A stretch of DNA of 64,000 bases from IMG/VR virus record IMGVR_UViG_3300029288_005816, positions 1-64,000 of that record; one strand, written 5' to 3'. Positions 46,521 through 55,739 of the stretch are shown one piece after another. This DNA comes from a virus (Duplodnaviria > Caudoviricetes). A program made the position numbers and the translations under genes. The notes under the pieces are model-generated. The model worked only from the letters and a program-made list of their open reading frames with translations, made no database searches and was not told where the DNA came from. Positions within the stretch are counted from its first letter, which is position 1; each line of letters begins with the position of its first letter.

Positions 46521-47462
46521 TCAGAGAACCCATTTAGCCATATTATTATCGAGCATAAAAAGGCAATCTCTTTCTTCAATATCTTCTTCAAGAATATATT
46601 CTTTAAAATTTATATAGTATTTATTTCCAGGACAGCCAAACAATGTTTTGTATCCATTAACCAGCCCAACCATTGTTTGAGAAAAAATAGTTTTCACATA
46701 TATATCCTTTGATATTTTTTGCAATTTAAAGATAGTAGGGTTAACATTCATCCAAGTTTTACTATCACTTAAGCGTTTTTCTTTAATTGTTTTAACTACT
46801 TCTATTATCTGTTCAATCCGTTCATGTGCAATTTCTTTATTATCCCCTAAATTCATGACCAACTCGTCATGAGAAATAAATATAATATTTTCCGATGGAA
46901 AAATTTCTTCCAATTCTTCAACCAGCTTTAGCATATGATAATGTTGAATTTTTTGAAATCTCTTTGGGTTTAAATTGCCAAATACAACTTGCCTGAAACT
47001 TTTACTAGATGAAATCATGGGATGAATCTTAAATGAATCACATAATTCAACCCAACTAGACTTTAGTTCATTTTCAGTATCAAATATTTTCATAGATTGA
47101 AAATTTGCACTTGAAAAGTCTAAGGATAACATAAAGTTACCTTCATACAATTTTAAATAGTCTTTCGTAAACAATTTAGTTTTAGAATAATCAAATTCTT
47201 GACATCTTTTGTAAGATTCTGATGATTCCAAATGATTTTTAAGTAAACCATATACTGTCCCCATTTTATAATGACCTACATTGTTGTATCCACTTTTTTG
47301 TAACCATTCTTCAAATTCAGAATAATTATCTACAAGAGAAATAATATCTTTAAATTCAAAAGACTTAAAAAGAGTTTGAATATAATATTCGAAATATTTT
47401 TCAATCGGAATATTTAATTTAAACATTTTAGCAAATTCAACAATTTCTTTAATTTTTTTCAT
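46521..47462 (-). CDS. hypothetical protein
   Basis: LSLDFSSANFQ, SKSFRQVVFGNLNPKR, HDELV. Confidence 0.7.
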   Translation of the reverse strand: MKKIKEIVEFAKMFKLNIPIEKYFEYYIQTLFKSFEFKDIISLVDNYSEFEEWLQKSGYNNVGHYKMGTVYGLLKNHLESSESYKRCQEFDYSKTKLFTKDYLKLYEGNFMLSLDFSSANFQSMKIFDTENELKSSWVELCDSFKIHPMISSSKSFRQVVFGNLNPKRFQKIQHYHMLKLVEELEEIFPSENIIFISHDELVMNLGDNKEIAHERIEQIIEVVKTIKEKRLSDSKTWMNVNPTIFKLQKISKDIYVKTIFSQTMVGLVNGYKTLFGCPGNKYYINFKEYILEEDIEERDCLFMLDNNMAKWVL

Positions 47463-47468
47463 GTTTTT

Positions 47469-47714
47469 TTATTTTAAAGACCCATCTGCAGAGAAAACAG
47501 AAACATCAATCCATATTTTATCACCAATTTTTAATTGTTCTATACTTTTTGCAACTCGACTCTCTGTTAAAAAACTATGAAGGTTACAACAAAATATTTT
47601 CTTTTTACTATTCAAAAGTCTAATTTCGAACATCTGATTTGTTCCGCAACTTCTTATGATAATTTTTTTTATTTCGTCAAGCCCAAAACTTCCGTTATAT
47701 GCTGTCTGTATCAT
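47469..47714 (-). CDS. hypothetical protein
   Basis: First ORF after promoter. Confidence 0.55.
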   Translation of the reverse strand: MIQTAYNGSFGLDEIKKIIIRSCGTNQMFEIRLLNSKKKIFCCNLHSFLTESRVAKSIEQLKIGDKIWIDVSVFSADGSLK

Positions 47715-47737
47715 TTTTGTTTAATTTATATTGTTTT

Positions 47738-47761
47738 ATACGAAAATAATTTAGTAAAGTT
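47738..47761 (-). promoter_or_regulatory. ECF-like promoter AAC-N16-CGTAT
   Basis: ATAAC...TCGTATAA. Confidence 0.7.
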
Positions 47762-47824
47762 ATATATTTTTTTCGAATTTACAAAATTTTTTCATATTTA
47801 TAATTGTAACACAAAAGCACAAAT

Positions 47825-47980
47825 ATGAAAAAAGAAAGACATTTGACCATTAGAATTTCAAACGAATTGTACAATAGTTTAATTAACAAAACTCTTAAAA
47901 GAAGCAATAAAGAAAAAAAACTTATTAAACTTTCAGAAACAATAAGAGAAATCTTAGAAAAACATGAAAATTTAAAATAA
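47825..47980 (+). CDS. RHH protein (51 aa, not in ORF track)
   Basis: MKKERHLTIRISNELY...KLSETIREIL; paralog of 12179. Confidence 0.65.
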   Translation: MKKERHLTIRISNELYNSLINKTLKRSNKEKKLIKLSETIREILEKHENLK

Positions 47981-47999
47981 ATATAAAACATTATAAATT

Positions 48000-49139
48000 A
48001 TGATATTAACTGAAAAAACACAAATAAAGATAAACCCCAAAAATTTTAAGTATTATCAAAAATTGCACTATACTCCAATAGTTGGCGAAATGTTGGACGT
48101 TTTTGTTAAAGATTTAACAAAGTGTAGTTCTGCATTAGTTAAAATAGAATGTGACATTTGCCACTATGTTAAAATCATGAAATATGAAAATTATTACAAT
48201 AACACCAAAAAATATGGGTATTATTCTTGTAATGGTAAATGTTCAAAAAATAAATTAAAAAAAACTTGTAAGGAGCGATATGGTGATGAACATTTTTTTA
48301 AATGTAATACTTTTTTAGAAAAAAAAGAAAAAACATGCCGTACAAAATATGATGTTAATAATTATACAAAAAGTGATATCATTAAAGAAAAGTCAAAGCA
48401 AACAAAAAAAAATAAATATAATGATGAAAATTATAACAACAGAGAAAAGGCTAAAAAAACTTGCATAAAACTATATGGCGTTGACCACCCTTCTAAATTA
48501 AGTGACTTTGGCAATAAAGTTAAATGCATTTTGTTGAATAAGTATGGAATTGAAAACTATAATAATCAAGCTAAAGCTATAAAAACAAGCATAGAAAAGT
48601 ATGGGGTTGCACACTCATCACAATATTTTAAAGTAAAAGCTAAAAAGGAATCAACAAATATAAAAAGATATGGGTTTAAATCTGCTTTACAAAATGAGGA
48701 TGTAAAAAAGAAAACACTAAAAACGAATATAAAAAGGTATGGTGTTAATTGTCCAATGCAAAACCCGAATATATTTCTAAAACAGCAAAAGTCATCGTAT
48801 GTAATCAAAATTCATGCTGAAACTGGTTTATATTACAGAGGTACATATGAAAAAGATTTTTTAGATATGTGTCATATTAAAAGCATTCCAATACAACAAG
48901 GTAAAAGAATAAAGTACATAAACAATAATAAACATCATTATTATTTTTCTGATTTTTATTTAATGGGGCACAATATGATTATTGAAATTAAATCATCATA
49001 TACTTTTAAAAAAATGTATGCCCTAAATATAATAAAAAGAGATGCTGCAATAAAAAAAGGCTATAAATTTATTTTTATAATAAACAAAGATTATACTGAA
49101 TTTTTAAATATTGTAAAAATTCCTTCTAACATTAATTAG
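48000..49139 (+). CDS. free-standing endonuclease with KYG repeats and C-terminal PD-(D/E)xK domain
   Basis: Multiple KYG repeats; GTYEKDF..YFSDFYL..IIEIKS. Confidence 0.75.
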   Translation: MILTEKTQIKINPKNFKYYQKLHYTPIVGEMLDVFVKDLTKCSSALVKIECDICHYVKIMKYENYYNNTKKYGYYSCNGKCSKNKLKKTCKERYGDEHFFKCNTFLEKKEKTCRTKYDVNNYTKSDIIKEKSKQTKKNKYNDENYNNREKAKKTCIKLYGVDHPSKLSDFGNKVKCILLNKYGIENYNNQAKAIKTSIEKYGVAHSSQYFKVKAKKESTNIKRYGFKSALQNEDVKKKTLKTNIKRYGVNCPMQNPNIFLKQQKSSYVIKIHAETGLYYRGTYEKDFLDMCHIKSIPIQQGKRIKYINNNKHHYYFSDFYLMGHNMIIEIKSSYTFKKMYALNIIKRDAAIKKGYKFIFIINKDYTEFLNIVKIPSNIN

Positions 49140-50282
49140 CAATTCATTTACAAAACACTCATCAACCATATCTGGTAATTTTGAAGTTTTACATAATTCA
49201 TTTGTTTTTTTTATTTTTTCATCTACAGATTTAAGTATTGAAAATAAATCAACTTCTCCATTTCTAATATTTAACAACTCTTGTGCATTAGGTCGTCTTA
49301 CAATTACCCCTTTCCCTTCTAAAATTTCTATAGACATGTCAATTATCCTCACACAATGAAGAAGATTCTTTGCATCAATCTTTGAGTTTTTTTCTTTATC
49401 AAGTTGTCCATGATTTTTAACATCAATCCATCGTTGAATATTTCTGTTTTTTATCCAATTTTTATATTTTTTATAGTCCTTACAATGACTTGAATATGAG
49501 TCTTTTTGATATATAAAATTACACAATGAGGATTCTGTCCTAGGAACTGAACTTAGCCTAATACTATTAGACACACCTTCTTTACTTAGTCCTTTATATC
49601 CCAACCCAACTGTTTCCCCTTTGCCTTTGAAAACTTTTTTGTTGTGTTCTTTATCATCTTTATCCATTGACTTAGCAAAGCAATTATGAGCTTTCCAATC
49701 ATAAAAAAGAGAAAAAACATCTTTTGCATTTGGGACATTTACAACGCCGCAGAAAATTTGCTCCATTCCGTTTTCTTTTAAAAAACTCTTCAAAGGTTTA
49801 GACTCACTTCCATTTATTACATAGCAAAAATCAATCAGTCCCTTTCTAATTGTTTTGGATTTTTCCCAATTCATCATTTTGTCTTGCCCAGATGCTTTTT
49901 TGCATTGTGCGTAGGCATATCCGCCAAACGTTGCAGAACATTTTTTTGTAATAAATTTCTCTTTTTCTCTTAAAATTAAATCAAAAACGGGGTGTTTATA
50001 AACAATAAACTCATCTGGAATATTTAAAATTTCTAAAATATTGGGGTTGTTTAATGTTAACAGTTCAAGAAACCTTCCAACTTCATAGTAAACACAATCT
50101 CCCTTTTCATCTTGAACTTGTGGAATATATTTATTATACCCCATAATATCTTCTAATGGTTGAATATATACGCCACACATATCTTTGTCAGATATCCCTT
50201 CAATATAAGTCCCATATACAAAAGACCCTCTATATGATTCAAATATAATTAGTTTTTTATCTTTTAATTCTTGTATATTCAT
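49104..50282 (-). CDS. nucleotidyltransferase (Pol-beta superfamily, YcgL/RlaP-like)
   Basis: RGSFVYG..SDKDMCGVY, LTLNNPNILE, NLLHCVRII, LLNIRNGE. Confidence 0.85.
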   Translation of the reverse strand: MNIQELKDKKLIIFESYRGSFVYGTYIEGISDKDMCGVYIQPLEDIMGYNKYIPQVQDEKGDCVYYEVGRFLELLTLNNPNILEILNIPDEFIVYKHPVFDLILREKEKFITKKCSATFGGYAYAQCKKASGQDKMMNWEKSKTIRKGLIDFCYVINGSESKPLKSFLKENGMEQIFCGVVNVPNAKDVFSLFYDWKAHNCFAKSMDKDDKEHNKKVFKGKGETVGLGYKGLSKEGVSNSIRLSSVPRTESSLCNFIYQKDSYSSHCKDYKKYKNWIKNRNIQRWIDVKNHGQLDKEKNSKIDAKNLLHCVRIIDMSIEILEGKGVIVRRPNAQELLNIRNGEVDLFSILKSVDEKIKKTNELCKTSKLPDMVDECFVNELLINVRRNFYNI

Positions 50283-50303
50283 CGTTATTCTTTTTATTCT
50301 TTT

Positions 50304-50327
50304 ATACGATTTTTTTTACATTTTGTT
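50304..50327 (-). promoter_or_regulatory. ECF-like promoter AAC-N16-CGTAT
   Basis: TGAAAC...TCGTATAA. Confidence 0.7.
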
Positions 50328-50337
50328 TCAAACATCT

Positions 50338-50718
50338 TTAACTATCTGTGTATATACTGCCAATTTGAATATATCCTTTGTCATGCACTAAAATACTATA
50401 AAAATCAGCACAATCATGTATCAAATATACGCTTTCCCCTCCACAAAACTCTAATATTCCATCTAACACAAATTTTCTAAATTCTTCTGATGTTTCTGTA
50501 CTTGGCCAATGTGCTTCAAGGGTTAATGATAATAGCTCCTTGTCACTAAAATTATACAAAAAAGCATTATTTTCCTCTTCTTCGTCAAGAGTATAATCTG
50601 GTAATAATTTTTTCTTTTTTTCTATTTTAAAAATATCAAAATCACCATACCAATTGCTTTTCCCCAGTTCATAAAGTGTTTTATTGTCAACTCTTACCAA
50701 ATAATAAAATGTACTCAT
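50338..50718 (-). CDS. hypothetical protein (paralog of next gene)
   Basis: YYLVRVDNKTLYELGK. Confidence 0.7.
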   Translation of the reverse strand: MSTFYYLVRVDNKTLYELGKSNWYGDFDIFKIEKKKKLLPDYTLDEEEENNAFLYNFSDKELLSLTLEAHWPSTETSEEFRKFVLDGILEFCGGESVYLIHDCADFYSILVHDKGYIQIGSIYTDS

Positions 50719-51116
50719 GGTTTTTTATAATTATATATACTTTCAACAATAGAAAACCCATAGTCTCTTTTCAACTCCACAAGAGTATCACTTCCTTCAT
50801 ATAACATACAAACTATATTTCCATCACAAAAATTTATTATTGAATTTATTACATATTTAACAAATTCTGTATCTTCTAATGTACCTTTTTCATAATTATT
50901 TTCTTTAATATGTTCTTTAAAAACAATTTCGAGCATTTCTGTATCACAAACATTAAAAGTCTCAATAAATTCTTCTTCTGCATATTTATTATTTGGAATC
51001 AATTTCATATTTGTTTTAACTTTAAATATTCCCAAAGTGTCATTCCATCCAGTTGTTTTCCCAAGTTCATAAATGGTTTTATTATCTGGCCTTACTAAGT
51101 ACTTATATACACTCAT
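50715..51116 (-). CDS. hypothetical protein (paralog of previous gene)
   Basis: YKYLVRPDNKTIYELGK. Confidence 0.7.
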   Translation of the reverse strand: MSVYKYLVRPDNKTIYELGKTTGWNDTLGIFKVKTNMKLIPNNKYAEEEFIETFNVCDTEMLEIVFKEHIKENNYEKGTLEDTEFVKYVINSIINFCDGNIVCMLYEGSDTLVELKRDYGFSIVESIYNYKKP

Positions 51117-51123
51117 ACTTTAA

Positions 51124-51777
51124 TTATTTTGTAATTTTCATCCCTAATTTATTTTCATTAATTTTTGCAAAAAAACTTAGATTATTTTGGCCATTTCTAT
51201 TTTTTAAAATTTTTAAATTTAAAATAATGTTATATTTTTTACCAAATATCTTTTGAATTATTCTTTTAAATTTACTTATAATTTTGTTTGAAGTATGTTT
51301 CCTTAATCCAAGAATAAAATCTGCTATATGTGCCATTTTTATGGTATTAGGCAAACCATATAAATCTAATTGATTAGGTGAATATTGTTTTATTGTATTA
51401 ATTCCCATAATAACACAAATATTATTTTCAATTGCAAAATCCCTAATTTTCATAAAAAATTCTTTATTCTCCATATAATATACATCATAAATAATTATAT
51501 AATCAAGTTTATTTTTTTCTTTTATTTTAACATTTAAATAATTAAATAAGTCTTTATTAACATTGGAGATATTTACAATAGTACACTTGCTTTTGAGACT
51601 TGAAAAGCCCCAAGGCGATAGAAATAATACATTTTTTCTTTTTTTAGAATATATTTCAGCCAGATTTGATAGAAACAATCCTTTGCCATCACCTGCTGCA
51701 GAACTCACAATAGATAATCCCGTAAATTGATTACATAGGTCATCTAAGGTGCTATTACGATTTAATTTAAATTTCAT
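51124..51777 (-). CDS. degenerate DnaB/RecA-fold ATPase-like protein
   Basis: SAAGDGKGLFL, HIADFILGL, ILKNRNG; start set at MKFKLN (51777). Confidence 0.55.
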   Translation of the reverse strand: MKFKLNRNSTLDDLCNQFTGLSIVSSAAGDGKGLFLSNLAEIYSKKRKNVLFLSPWGFSSLKSKCTIVNISNVNKDLFNYLNVKIKEKNKLDYIIIYDVYYMENKEFFMKIRDFAIENNICVIMGINTIKQYSPNQLDLYGLPNTIKMAHIADFILGLRKHTSNKIISKFKRIIQKIFGKKYNIILNLKILKNRNGQNNLSFFAKINENKLGMKITK

Positions 51778-51781
51778 ATAT

Positions 51782-52843
51782 TTATTTTTTAGGTTTAATA
51801 TTTTCTGAATCTTTAAGAGCTTCAAAAATTTCCTTTTCTTTGTCTGATAATGTTTTGGGAATAAATACAATTATATCAATATACATATCACCCCTGATAT
51901 TTGTTCCTGCTTTATACAATCCTTTACCTTCAACTCTAAGTTTAGTTCCACTTTGTGTTCCTGGAGCAATAGCAATTTTTATAATTCCATTTTCAATTGT
52001 TTTCATTTCCAAATCTTTACCAAAAATTGCTTCATATATACTTATTTCATATTTTGTAAACAAATCAAATTCACGACGAGCTACAAATTCATTAAATTCC
52101 TCTTCAATAATAACGAATAAATTACCATTTATCCCGCCATTTTTTGAGACATTTCCAGCACCAGCAAATGATAATACATCTCCATTTTTTACACTCTTTG
52201 GAATTACTAAATCTACTATTTCTTCATGAAAAACTATTTTTTTACCATTGCAAGAAGGGCAAACTGTTTGAATTATTTTTCCAGTTCCTCCACAACTTGA
52301 ACATGCTTCTTGAGTTACTACTGTTCCAACTATAGTGTTTTTTACATGTTGTACTTGACCAGACCCATTACAAGTTGGACATGTTTTTACAGAGGACTCA
52401 TTTGCCGCACCAGTTCCATTGCAAGTTTTACATAATACTTCTTTTCTATATTTTAATTTTTTTGTTATTCCAGTAAAAATTTCTTGTAAAGTTAATTTTA
52501 ATTTTATTTTTAAATCTGTGCCCTTTTGAGGTTGTGAAGCGTGGTTTCTACGTCCCCCAAAAAATTGATTAAGTATATCATCCATGCTAAATCCACCGCC
52601 AAATCCATTTGGAAATCCTCCTGGAAATCCTTGTCCCATTTCAGAATCACCCAAATCATACCTTTTCCTCTTTTCTATATCACCAATAACGGCATATGCT
52701 TCCCCTATTTCTTTAAATATTTCTTCATTTCCTCCTTTATCTGGATGATTTTTTTTAGCTAAAGTTCTATAAGCCTTTTTTATTTCTTCCTGAGATGCAT
52801 CTTTTGAAACCCCTAAAATTTGATAATAATCTTTTCTTGTCAT
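51782..52843 (-). CDS. dnaJ: DnaJ chaperone
   Basis: J domain with HPD, G/F region, four CxxCxG repeats, C-terminal domain. Confidence 0.95.
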   Translation of the reverse strand: MTRKDYYQILGVSKDASQEEIKKAYRTLAKKNHPDKGGNEEIFKEIGEAYAVIGDIEKRKRYDLGDSEMGQGFPGGFPNGFGGGFSMDDILNQFFGGRRNHASQPQKGTDLKIKLKLTLQEIFTGITKKLKYRKEVLCKTCNGTGAANESSVKTCPTCNGSGQVQHVKNTIVGTVVTQEACSSCGGTGKIIQTVCPSCNGKKIVFHEEIVDLVIPKSVKNGDVLSFAGAGNVSKNGGINGNLFVIIEEEFNEFVARREFDLFTKYEISIYEAIFGKDLEMKTIENGIIKIAIAPGTQSGTKLRVEGKGLYKAGTNIRGDMYIDIIVFIPKTLSDKEKEIFEALKDSENIKPKK

Positions 52844-52867
52844 TTTACTATATTATGTTAATTTATA

Positions 52868-52897
52868 CAAAAATAGTATAAAAAAGCCTTAGACAAA
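52868..52897 (-). promoter_or_regulatory. Bacteroidota-type promoter overlapping a terminator-like hairpin
   Basis: TTTG-N18-TATTTTTG; AAAGCCTT...AAGGCTTT. Confidence 0.55.
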
Positions 52898-52922
52898 TCC
52901 AAGGCTTTATATTTTTTGATAT

Positions 52923-53849
52923 TTAAACTTCTGCCTCTGGAGAGTTTTGGGTGGGTTGTTTAAAAACTCTAACTTCTTCAGACATGGATTTCATCCTTAA
53001 ATAATTTGTAGCCAATGCAACAACATCCTTTTCACAATATATAGCAATTCTCGGTAAATCTTTTTCTTTCCAAAAAATATCTTTAACTTGACTACCGTCA
53101 ATATCATCTTTTGATGAAGCCGTTCCAAAAATATCAGAAAGAGAATCAAGACTAACTGATGCATCCCATATTCCAAATGACCACGTTTCTTTTGTATCAA
53201 TAATATGCGTTTGTTCCCACGGTTTCATATGTGCATAATCAAGTGCATATGGTAATTTAAATCCATTTATAATTAATCTCTTTGCTATAAAAGGAAAGTC
53301 AAATATCTTACCATTATGCGCACAGAATGCCCAAGATTCTTTAGCTTTTTTATCTAAAATTGCTCCTAATTTTTCATGATTAATGAAATCGCTTAAAAGA
53401 ATTTTCTCATCTTCATTTGAAAAAGTTATAATTTTAATATTATAAAAATCTTCTGCTTCATTTTTCCAAATAACTCCTGCAGAAATACAAAGGATTCTAC
53501 CAAATTCTGGGAATATTGGTGCTTTTATATTATATAACTCATTTCCAACTTCTAATTTAATTCCTTTCATAATTTCTTCTGGAGTTAAATCTTGTATACT
53601 TACTTTTTTTGTGGATTTTTTCTTTTTACCTCCTTCTGTAACCTCTTCTGTAGCTAAAACTTCTTTCTTTAGAGATTTGTTGTTAAGAAATTCCAAATAT
53701 TTTGTATTTATTCTAGGTTCAAAGTCTTTCTTAAATCTCTTAAAAAAAATTTCCTGTTGACGTTCTGTCAATTCAGAAAAATTTTCTTTTTGACTAGTTG
53801 TTTCTATATCTAGAAACAAAATTCTATTTAACGGTTTTTGGTCTAACAT
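52923..53849 (-). CDS. PolB-like 3'-5' exonuclease
   Basis: FLDIET, FCAHNGKIFDFPFIAKR, DTKETW, SKDDIDGS, YCEKDV. Confidence 0.88.
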   Translation of the reverse strand: MLDQKPLNRILFLDIETTSQKENFSELTERQQEIFFKRFKKDFEPRINTKYLEFLNNKSLKKEVLATEEVTEGGKKKKSTKKVSIQDLTPEEIMKGIKLEVGNELYNIKAPIFPEFGRILCISAGVIWKNEAEDFYNIKIITFSNEDEKILLSDFINHEKLGAILDKKAKESWAFCAHNGKIFDFPFIAKRLIINGFKLPYALDYAHMKPWEQTHIIDTKETWSFGIWDASVSLDSLSDIFGTASSKDDIDGSQVKDIFWKEKDLPRIAIYCEKDVVALATNYLRMKSMSEEVRVFKQPTQNSPEAEV

Positions 53850-53860
53850 ATATTTGATTT

Positions 53861-54388
53861 TTATTTTGTATTATTAAATTCTTTGAACATTCTATCAGAT
53901 ATTTTTTGATATAATCCTGATATTTTGTGTAAAATATATCGATATAGCTTTTTTATGGGGTCATTAATTAATGTCCATATTATAGAAAATGGCCAATAAC
54001 TCATCCAAACTATTACTCTGTTTTTATTTACTGAAAGATTTATATCAATTTCTTGTCTGTAAAATTTAATACAATTTTCTTTTTTTTCTTTTACTTCTTC
54101 TTTTATCGTAGAAAGATAAAAATACCATTTAAAAAATGACCAAACAATGCCCAATACTACATATAATGCAAAAAACCCCAATACTGTCCACGGATTAGTT
54201 ACAGCATAATTAAAAATATTTTTGAAACTTTCAAAATTCCCAAAAATTCCAATTAAGAAAACTGATATTATAAGAATAATCGTAGCTCCCGTACCACTTT
54301 GTTCCTCTTTTTCAACAAACGTAGTTATTAATATGAATGTTAATATAATTAACAACCAAAACCATAATGTTCCAAATGCAAATAACAT
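53861..54388 (-). CDS. hypothetical membrane protein
   Basis: 3 TM segments; WMSYWPFS. Confidence 0.7.
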   Translation of the reverse strand: MLFAFGTLWFWLLIILTFILITTFVEKEEQSGTGATIILIISVFLIGIFGNFESFKNIFNYAVTNPWTVLGFFALYVVLGIVWSFFKWYFYLSTIKEEVKEKKENCIKFYRQEIDINLSVNKNRVIVWMSYWPFSIIWTLINDPIKKLYRYILHKISGLYQKISDRMFKEFNNTK

Positions 54389-54420
54389 AATTCTATTTTT
54401 AAATTAATAATTTATTTTAA

Positions 54421-55431
54421 TTAAATTTGACAATCATAAATACTTAACATGGTATCATCTGGAATTTCATCAAGTAAATTTTTAAATTCTTTATTCCAAT
54501 CTTTGGGTTCTTTTTCATTAGATACAAATTTCCACCAGCCCATTTCCCCTTTTTCATACCATTTTCCGTCTTTTACTACAGCAAAAGTAGAGATAGACGC
54601 ATGCTTATCTAAAAAAACTTCTCTTCCATCTAATTTTTCTTCTATATAACTATGATAAGACTTATTTTGATTCTTTTCTGAATTTTTCTTAAGTTCTTCA
54701 TATAAATTAATAGCTTCTTCTAATTTTTCTTCATACATTGCATCAAAATCAATGTTCATTTTAAAAGCCCTATCAGCTGTTCCAGACTTTGCAGAATGTA
54801 TAATAAAACATTGTGTTCTAAGCATCCCTGGCTTTAATTTAAAATATCCAGAATAACTTCCTCCTAAATTGGCACAATTCCATTTTGCATTTTTATTTAA
54901 ATAATATCCAAATCTGCCATTTTTTTCTTCATATCCTTCATATTTTTTTGCATATTCCTCAAATGTTCTATATTTATTTTTAAGTGGGATTTGTTTAGGA
55001 CATGCTATTCTTTTGATTCTAATTTTGCCTTCAAAACAAACATTCTTATCTGGATGTGTTGTTTCTATAATTGATAAAACTTTAAACCAGTAATATCCTT
55101 TTATTTCTTTTTTAATGCCTGGAATATAATAATATCCTCTATAACATCCATTTTTTTTATAATATGAGCCAAGACTTAATCTTTTAATGTCTTGGTCAAA
55201 CTCATTTCCAATTTTAGTATTTGAAAGTTTTTTATAAAATTCTTTCGTTATTTCCATTCCTGATTCATTATAAGAGGAACACCAAAATTCTCTAATTTTT
55301 TTTGTTTTATAATCTTTTACCGCTTCTTCAGTTTTATCAATGAATTGTATATATTTTTTATTCTTTTCATCATATGGTGCAAGTTGCTCTTCAGGATTTT
55401 TTCCTATCACTAAAACACTAAAATTTGACAT
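54421..55431 (-). CDS. hypothetical phage protein
   Basis: MSNFSVLVIG..EQLAPYDE; GKWYEKGEMGWW; YDC. Confidence 0.75.
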   Translation of the reverse strand: MSNFSVLVIGKNPEEQLAPYDEKNKKYIQFIDKTEEAVKDYKTKKIREFWCSSYNESGMEITKEFYKKLSNTKIGNEFDQDIKRLSLGSYYKKNGCYRGYYYIPGIKKEIKGYYWFKVLSIIETTHPDKNVCFEGKIRIKRIACPKQIPLKNKYRTFEEYAKKYEGYEEKNGRFGYYLNKNAKWNCANLGGSYSGYFKLKPGMLRTQCFIIHSAKSGTADRAFKMNIDFDAMYEEKLEEAINLYEELKKNSEKNQNKSYHSYIEEKLDGREVFLDKHASISTFAVVKDGKWYEKGEMGWWKFVSNEKEPKDWNKEFKNLLDEIPDDTMLSIYDCQI

Positions 55432-55456
55432 ACTAATTAATTTAAATTTCTAACTA

Positions 55457-55480
55457 ATACGATAAAAAAAACAAAAAGTT
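55457..55480 (-). promoter_or_regulatory. ECF-like promoter AAC-N16-CGTAT
   Basis: TGAAAC...TCGTATTA. Confidence 0.7.
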
Positions 55481-55582
55481 TCAAAAATAAATATAAATTT
55501 TATAAAATAAAAATAGTTTTACAAAACTATTAATTTTTTTTGAAAAAACAAAATTTCTTCATATTTATATAAAAATGAAGAA

Positions 55583-55738
55583 ATGAAAAACGAATATTTA
55601 ACTAAAATAAAAGTAAATTATTCTATTAGTAAAAATGTTATAGAAGAGTTTAATAAAGTTGCAAAAGAAAATGCAATAAACAAATCAGGATTAATAGAGT
55701 TATTCATAAAAGAATGGACTCAAAATAATAAAAAATAA
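55583..55738 (+). CDS. RHH (CopG/Arc-like) protein (51 aa, not in ORF track)
   Basis: IKVNYSISKNVIEEFNKVAKENAINKSGLIELFIKEW. Confidence 0.65.
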   Translation: MKNEYLTKIKVNYSISKNVIEEFNKVAKENAINKSGLIELFIKEWTQNNKK

Positions 55739-55739
55739 T

